NCBI GenBank assembly: GCA_040880125.1
Contig: JBBDJB010000052.1
Location: 188,281 to 252,280 of the forward strand
Length of the DNA: 64,000 bases
DNA from: Pirellulales bacterium
GTDB taxonomy: Bacteria > Planctomycetota > Planctomycetia > Pirellulales > JBBDJB01
Direction of reading: 5' to 3'
Shown here: in pieces, positions 57,827-64,000 of the stretch
Numbering within the stretch: position 1 is the stretch's first letter
Layout of the letters: each line of letters begins with the position of its first letter
Notes under the pieces: generated by a model
What the model was told of the DNA's origin: nothing
Database searches by the model: none
Seen by the model: only the letters and a program-made list of their open reading frames with translations
Position numbers and translations under genes: made by a program

Positions 57827-58089
57827 CAACAGAAACGGGTTCCCCGGTAAGGGGGCGTTCAAAAAAGGGTGGGAAACCACCACGCTCACAAGTTCACGAC
57901 CAAACGAAATGACTCCATACGACGGCGCTTCACCCCACCAAGCGGTGCTTGACGCTCCGTCCGGGTCGCGGTGACAATACATAAGTGGCGGGCCGGCCAA
58001 TCGGGGGCGGCCTCTCTTCACGGCCCGCTGCCAGGAGAAGTTCAATGCTCCGGCTTCACTCGACCGCTCGTTCCGAGCGGCCTATTGCC

Positions 58090-59649
58090 ATGCCACTCGC
58101 ACGGCCGATCGCCGCGCGCTGCGGACTGACGCTCATCGAAATGCTGGTGGCGATGTCCATCACGCTATTGATGATGGCTTCTGTCGTGACGATCTTCGAC
58201 CAGTTCGGCCGGGGCGTGAACGACAGCCGCGCCACGCTCGAAATGACCAGCCGCCTGCGAGACGTCCGCAATCGGCTGCAATCGGATCTGGCCGGCCTGA
58301 CCTGCCCGGCAGTCCCCTGGCAGCGGCCCGAGTCGGGTGTGGGATATCTCGAGATCTTCGAGGGGAGCAATACCGACTACGATCCCACGATCCTCAACAA
58401 GCCATCCGAAGTGGGCACGCCGCTCGACCCCAGCGAGAGCATCCTTCCCCCCAACGCCCGGGGTACTTTCGATCCCGAAGACGGCCCCTTCGGGCTGGGG
58501 GACGCCGACGACATTCTGATGATGACGGTTCGCAGCCCGGACCGGCCGTTTGTCGGACGGATGCGCGTGCCGGTGTTGCCGTCTGGATTTCAGACCGTCT
58601 CCATCCAGTCGCACGTTGCGGAAGTTATCTGGTACGCCGTGGAAAATCCCGTGGATGGGTCGCTGGGCGAACCGGGCATGCGGACGCTGTATCGCCGCAT
58701 CCTGCTGGTTATGCCCGGAGCTGAGTATCGCCCCCCGGGATCACCGACTTCGGTCCCGCTTCTTCAAGCCGCCACTGGCTACGATGAATTTAATTTCTAT
58801 TCACACTACGACGTCTCCGCCCGGCGTGATGCCACCGGACGCTGGATCCCCAACACACTGGCGGATTTGACCAAGCGCGAGAACCGCTTTGCCCATGGCA
58901 CTTTCCCGCAGGATCCAAGGGAATTCCCGTTTTGGCTGCGCGCCGATGCTTTGCGCAGTCACAGGCCGATCTACAACCGGAGGGCCAACGGAGCCAGTGC
59001 CTTGCGGCCTTTTGGTGAGCCGTTCGCCCAGGGGCATCCCGAATGGGCCCTCCGCGCCGGCGAAGACGTGATCATGACCGATATTCTCGGCTTCGACATT
59101 CGCGTCTACGATCCTCAGGCGCCGATGTACGAGGTTCCGCTTGACGGAAGCACGACGACAGTCGCTCCCGGAGACCCCGGTTGGCCGCCAGAGGGCGGCA
59201 ATCTCAACAACCCGGCGGGACTCGGCGCGTATGTGGACTTGGGCTACGCCTTTCGCCGTGAGCATTCGCCAGTCTATGGCCTATTCCCGGCATTTTCCGG
59301 GCTAACCGGCACCGTCGTCACGCCCTTTAGCGCCCGACCGGGACCCTTGCACCGGGGCGTCCAGGGCACACCCGGCACATATACCCTCGGTGCTTGGTTC
59401 TACGACACCTGGTCGTTCCACTACGAGCATGACGGCATCAGTCAGGACGGCCCGGACGGAATCGACGAAGGCACCGACGGCTTCAACAGCGATCTGGTGA
59501 ATTCCGCGGTCGACGACATGTCGGAATTCGAGACGTCGCCGCCATATCCGGTGCCTTTGCAGGGCGTCGAAATCAAGATCCGCGCGTACGAACGCTTCAG
59601 CCGGCAGATTCGCGAGGTCACCGTCCGCCAAGACTTCGCCACGCAGTAG
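58090..59649 (+). CDS. DUF1559-type protein with type IV pilin/pseudopilin N-terminal cleavage-methylation domain (planctomycete-specific family), unusually long (519 aa)
   Basis: MPLARPIAARCG|LTLIEMLVAMSITLLMMASVVTIFD prepilin signature. A possible promoter TTGACG-18-GACAAT lies at 57949-57978. Confidence 0.8.
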   Translation: MPLARPIAARCGLTLIEMLVAMSITLLMMASVVTIFDQFGRGVNDSRATLEMTSRLRDVRNRLQSDLAGLTCPAVPWQRPESGVGYLEIFEGSNTDYDPTILNKPSEVGTPLDPSESILPPNARGTFDPEDGPFGLGDADDILMMTVRSPDRPFVGRMRVPVLPSGFQTVSIQSHVAEVIWYAVENPVDGSLGEPGMRTLYRRILLVMPGAEYRPPGSPTSVPLLQAATGYDEFNFYSHYDVSARRDATGRWIPNTLADLTKRENRFAHGTFPQDPREFPFWLRADALRSHRPIYNRRANGASALRPFGEPFAQGHPEWALRAGEDVIMTDILGFDIRVYDPQAPMYEVPLDGSTTTVAPGDPGWPPEGGNLNNPAGLGAYVDLGYAFRREHSPVYGLFPAFSGLTGTVVTPFSARPGPLHRGVQGTPGTYTLGAWFYDTWSFHYEHDGISQDGPDGIDEGTDGFNSDLVNSAVDDMSEFETSPPYPVPLQGVEIKIRAYERFSRQIREVTVRQDFATQ

Positions 59650-59764
59650 TTCTCCGCCCGATACCGCAAGAGAGGTGCCGCACAGAGGCGTCGTGGCGGA
59701 AAAGGTTCCACGGAGCGGCGCCACTCCAGCACGAAGCCCGCTCCACTCTCCCACCATTTTCGCC

Positions 59765-60235
59765 ATGCACACGATTCGTCTGCGGGGTCCGTGGCAGTAC
59801 GAGATCGGCGAGCCGTCCGAAGCAGTGCGCCACTTGAGTCAACCGAGCAGGCACCGCTCCGGTCGTCTGACGCTGCCCGGCTCGTGGTCTGAAACGGCCG
59901 GAGAGGAGACGTCGGGGCCGCTCGTGTTGCGTCGCCGCTTCGGTTGCCCGACCGGAATCCGCGACGGCGAGCGTGTTTGGCTGATGATCGAGCCGGGTGA
60001 TCGGCCGGCGGAGTTGCGGCTGAACGGCCATCTGCTCGCCCGTTTGATTCCCGGTACCCCCGCCCGGCACGATATCACTGCCCGCCTGGCGCATCGCAAC
60101 GAACTCGAGGTGTCGCTATCCCCGTTGCGTGCACCTTCATATCCAGCACCACCAGGTCCAGCCGCCCAAGGCGACCGGCTGCTCGGCGACGCCCGGCTGG
60201 AGATCGAGCCACGTTCTCCGGCTCCAACTCGATAG
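59765..60235 (+). CDS. Hypothetical protein with galactose-binding-like (GH2 N-terminal sugar-binding-like) domain
   Basis: IRLRGPWQYE...LVLRRRFGCP...ERVWLMIEPGDRPAELRLNGHLLA...HDITARLAHRNELEV pattern. Start chosen at internal Met. Confidence 0.45.
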   Translation: MHTIRLRGPWQYEIGEPSEAVRHLSQPSRHRSGRLTLPGSWSETAGEETSGPLVLRRRFGCPTGIRDGERVWLMIEPGDRPAELRLNGHLLARLIPGTPARHDITARLAHRNELEVSLSPLRAPSYPAPPGPAAQGDRLLGDARLEIEPRSPAPTR

Positions 60236-60429
60236 GCGATTGTGACCCGCATAACGCTCGGCGATTCACTTTGCAATGACTGCCGCTTTGCCGTTCCGGC
60301 GAAGGCTCAAATACGACTCGACGTACCGTCGGCCATCTGGACCGCAGCTCCCCCGCCGGCACTGTTGCACTGGACCGAACCGCCCGACACAATACCGACG
60401 TGGCGGCCGGCTTGTACAGCGTAAGCACT

Positions 60430-60740
60430 TGCCCCCGCTGGCGCGTACAGCCGGTCGTCACATTTGCATCGTCGCTGCTGTCACTGTTCATCACGTGGGC
60501 CCGCATCATCGGTTCGACCGAACCGCCGGGGACGGTGCTGGTGGACTACAATTAGAACGCCTGGGGGCGGACCTTGGCGAGCGTTTACAGCGTCCGGCCG
60601 CGCAAAGGAGCAACGGTTTTTGCTCCCGTTACCTGGGACGAAGTGCAGCAAGGCATCCGCGTGGAGGACTTCCACCAGCAGAACATGCCAGAGCGCCTTG
60701 AGCAGGTTGGCGATCTATGGAGACCACTGACCTACGCCAA
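60430..60740 (+). pseudogene. Remnant of NHEJ LigD polymerase/primase domain (C-terminal about 90 codons) with in-frame TAG
   Basis: Translation ...TVLVDYN*NAWGRTLASVYSVRPRKGATVFAPVTWDEV...DFHQQNMPERLEQVGDLWRP matches the LigD-Pol C-terminus (VDYLQN...APYSVR...VS.PL.WDE...FT....P.RL...GD.W). No intact upstream domain. Confidence 0.5.
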
Positions 60741-61303
60741 GCAGGGCCGCTCGGACTGCCGTCTCGCGGAATCGAAACGGGGGGCAAATTCGCTTCTCAG
60801 TGGTTCGCGTGCGGGTTACAATCCCCAGGCCTTAACGGCACAACACGCTCGCCCGAGCAATGGAAATCTTGTTGCGCCGTCCAGGAATCATGCACAGGCG
60901 ACCCGGCGGTGCCGGCCGGCAACGGAAGGCAGCCGCACGTACCAAGCGCCCCGGAATCGACTGGTAGTGGCAGAGAGGCTTGCTTTAAGTGAACTCGTTG
61001 TCGGCGACCAAGTGGAGCTTTAATGCGGTTATGCGAGTGCGGCGTTTCTGTGCCTCAATCCTATTCTGCCCTCATGGCAGCTCTCTCGCTTTCAGCTTTC
61101 TGACCGGCGAATGCGGTTAGCATTGATCGAACCACCTCTCGCCCGCGCGCACTTCCCCAGCATGAATCAGGGAAGCTAGCTTCCTCCAAGCGGCCCCCCA
61201 GGCCGCTGGGCGACGACCGTTGTGATGTTTTTCCTCTTGGACGCTGCGCGGCCTGTGCAGCGAAGTCCGACAGCCGGCGCGGCCAACGAGCCGCGACACT
61301 CGC

Positions 61304-63960
61304 ATGAGCAATCGCTACGCTTCCACCCGCCGAAACTCGAAACAGCCGCGAAAACTTCGCCGCAAGCCGCTATGGCGCAAGCTCGCCATGGAGCGGCTTG
61401 AAGAGCGGTGGCTGCTCGACAGCCAAGGTCTCGGGCAGTTCGATCCGCTCGTTGCGGAGGAACCGCTGCTGGTCAGTGCCGCGCAGACCGCGCCGACCGC
61501 AGTGAATGTGGCCTGGCAGTTCGAGGGGCCGGCGCCACTGGAGAACGTCTTTGGCGGCGGCCACTTCAATCTCGATCCGAACTTCGGCTCCGGGGCCATC
61601 GAAGCACTCGCTCCGCACCCGACCAACTCCAATATCATCTACGCCGGCACCGTCAACGGCGGCATCTGGCGAACGAGCGACGCCCAGCAGATCAATCCGC
61701 AGTGGACGCCGCTGACGGACTTTCACCAGTCGCTCTCCATCAGTGCCATCGCGTTCAGCCCCATTGATGTGAACGATGACGGTACGACCAAGGGCACCAG
61801 CACAGGCACGACCGTTTACGCCGGCACCGGCAACTTCAGCAGCGGCGATGCCATCGGCGTCTTGCGCAGCACCGACGGCACACAATTCGCGCTGATGCCG
61901 GGAAGCGAGGTCTTCAGCAACAACAAGCTGAAGATTTGAAGCGTCGTGCAACCTGCTTTTCATCGGCGGCGATCGGCAGCCCGACAACGATACGTCGGGA
62001 AATGCTGCCAGCTTCGGCCGGTTGTTTGCGGGAGTGATCCAACCGCCTGCCGCACCCGGAGCGATGGCGACCGCGGTTTGGGATCACGTTGTCGGCGACC
62101 GCACGCAGGCTGATCGATTGATACTCGACGGCATTCCCGATACCCCACCGCGCCGCATGCCGACTCGCGCGACCTGGTCTTCGCCGCCGACGGCACCATT
62201 CTAGAAAGCAACGACGGCGGCATCGTGGCATTCACTCCGGTCGCCACCATTGCCAATGACCTGCGGCAGGCGAACAGGAATTTGGGAGTGTGGCGCAGTC
62301 TGGCTGGCAATCTCGGTACCGTCGAGTTCTACGGCATCACTTACGATCCGCTGCGCAACACGATCATCGGTGGCGCTATCGACAACGGCACTTCGGAGCA
62401 AACGCTAAACGGCCAGATCTTCCGCGAAGTTCGGGGGGCGACGGAACCATTCCGGACGTGTTCGCCTTTCCGACGATCGGTGCGCCGCAAAGCACCGTCC
62501 GATACTTCACGACTCAGAACTTCGGCATTGCCATGCAAATTGGCCTGCCCGGGGCAACGCCGGCCGCACCCACGGCGTTGGCCGTGGTGGACGCCACCGG
62601 AGCGGCGATTTCCGACTTCGACTTTATCCAGGTGTGGACGGTCAACGCCACCAACGGTGGCCGCATTCTGGCGGAGCGCGAAGATACGAGCGTCGGCGGC
62701 AATCTCATCGAGCTTGTGTTAAACCGAGTGGCAGGGCAATTGCAGATCAGCAACACCTTCTCCAGCGCCGCACTTGGTACAGCCCGCACCGACTTGACTG
62801 CGGCCGTCTACGGTTTCAGCCCCCCGGACAGCGACGGCGACGGCATGGCCGACGCCACCAGTCGCCCTGATTTGATCTACGCTGGCTTCTCCGATGGTGG
62901 CCTCTTCTTTCGGGAAGTGTTCGATCCGGCCAATCCAAGTCAGATTACCGAGCTGACCAACTACGGAGGATCGCGCATTCGCGACATCTTCGTCGACCCG
63001 TTCGATTTCCGCAAAGTGATCATCGCGGACAGCAAGGGGCGCATCTGGAGCAACAACAACGCACCGTCCATGGCCAGCCCGTTCCGCGAGATCACGGCAA
63101 ACATCAAAACGATTTCCGGCGGCGATGTTCGCGCCGTGCAGTATGTCAATATCACGCCCAATCCCGGCGACGAAGCTCTGCTCGTGGGAGGCCTGGGCGG
63201 AGTATTTCACTACGGCGGCGATCCGTTCAGCGGGACCTTTGCGTGGCGCGAGTTCGGCAACAACCTGCCCAACGTTCTGGTTACCGATCTCGAGTACAAC
63301 CACACCGACGATATCCTCATCGCCGGCACGTGGGGCCGCGGCGCCTGGTCGATCAAGAATCTCAAGACGCAAGCGGTGGCTTTCCCCCAGGCGGGGAGCC
63401 TCACCGAAGGACTACTCCCTGCAACTGGCCCACAACCCGGCGCGGACAGCGCGGCATTGACGCAGTCCACCGCGACCGGATTTGTGCTGGAGCTTCGCGG
63501 CACGCCCCAGAACGACCAGGTTGTGCTTCGCCGGGACCCGTTCAACCCGCTCTTGCTCGAAGTCTCGGTCGACGGGCAGGTGCTTGACCTGGGAGGGGCC
63601 GTAGAGATTACGAGCGTAGCTCAAGTCGTCTTCGACGGGCTAGCCGGTAATGATCGGCTGCTGATCGACGTAGGAAACGGCGTTGTCGGATTTCCGGGGA
63701 CCAGCTTGGCCGACGGCGGGCAGAGCGTGATCTTCCTGGGAGGAAGCGGCATCGACACGCTGGAACTGACCGGCGGTCCGGTGATGACAAGCGCGTCAAA
63801 TTATAGCGCCGCCACCAAAGCCGGTACGATACTCCTGGCCAGCGACGACGCCATCGGCGAGTACCATGTCGAGGACGTCGAGTCGGTCGAGCAGAATGGG
63901 CTGGCCGCACCAATCGATAACCGCCTGCGCACGCTGGGAGCGGGGCTAGCTGCCCGTTGA
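61304..63960 (+). pseudogene. BNR/sialidase-like (Asp-box beta-propeller) secreted protein gene interrupted by at least three frameshifts (near 61932, 62150 and 62435); planctomycete N-terminal RKLAMERLEERWLL motif
   Basis: Protein-like translation continues across frames 2, 0, 2 and 1. The last shift coincides with a G7 homopolymer at about 62433-62439. Motifs ...IYAGTVNGGIWRTSD..., ...DGGIVAF..., ...GTWGRGAWS.... Confidence 0.6.
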
Positions 63961-64000
63961 AAAAGTCTCCTTGACGGCTGTCTGGGCTGGCGCTATCAAG

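Overview
The window is a 64 kb, high-GC (about 65%) chromosomal segment on the minus and plus strands with about 45 protein genes and no rRNA, tRNA or CRISPR that I could recognise. The lineage is almost certainly Planctomycetota (Pirellulales-like). The evidence is a DUF1559 prepilin-type protein, a giant ThuA/dehydrogenase/HEAT/CxxCH 'PVC-type' protein, a DUF1570-like protein, an 'LEERWLL' N-terminal motif, and many huge secreted or membrane proteins. Housekeeping genes present are purH, trpC, trpBA, mutY, tadA, mgtE, UDP-xylose synthase, two SDR epimerases, a GT1 glycosyltransferase, terC and an MscK-like channel. The most notable locus is a minus-strand cluster at 45.8-54.8 kb. It reads TPR protein (1055 aa), then ExbB and ExbD, then a 1377-aa membrane-anchored protein. 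That last protein has TonB-like topology (N-terminal TM anchor plus a Pro/Ala/Glu-rich spacer of about 800 aa) but its C-terminal domain is a prenyltransferase/squalene-cyclase-like alpha/alpha toroid instead of a TonB C-terminal domain. I read this as a candidate undescribed Exb-energized envelope system. Other notable items follow. A low-GC islet at about 18.85-20.34 kb carries an HNH endonuclease with homing-endonuclease-associated repeats plus a HicB-HicA toxin-antitoxin pair. There is an MGMT(PCHR)-endonuclease V fusion gene. Two families of dispersed palindromic hairpin elements sit at gene ends and sometimes in tandem. A candidate sRNA has a near-consensus sigma70 promoter and a strong intrinsic terminator. 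A TGTCCA-N-TGGACA palindrome array lies in an AT-rich gap. A (GGGATGC)x7 G-quadruplex-prone microsatellite follows terC. A LigD polymerase-domain remnant carries an in-frame stop. A BNR/sialidase-like gene is broken by at least three frameshifts, one at a poly-G run.
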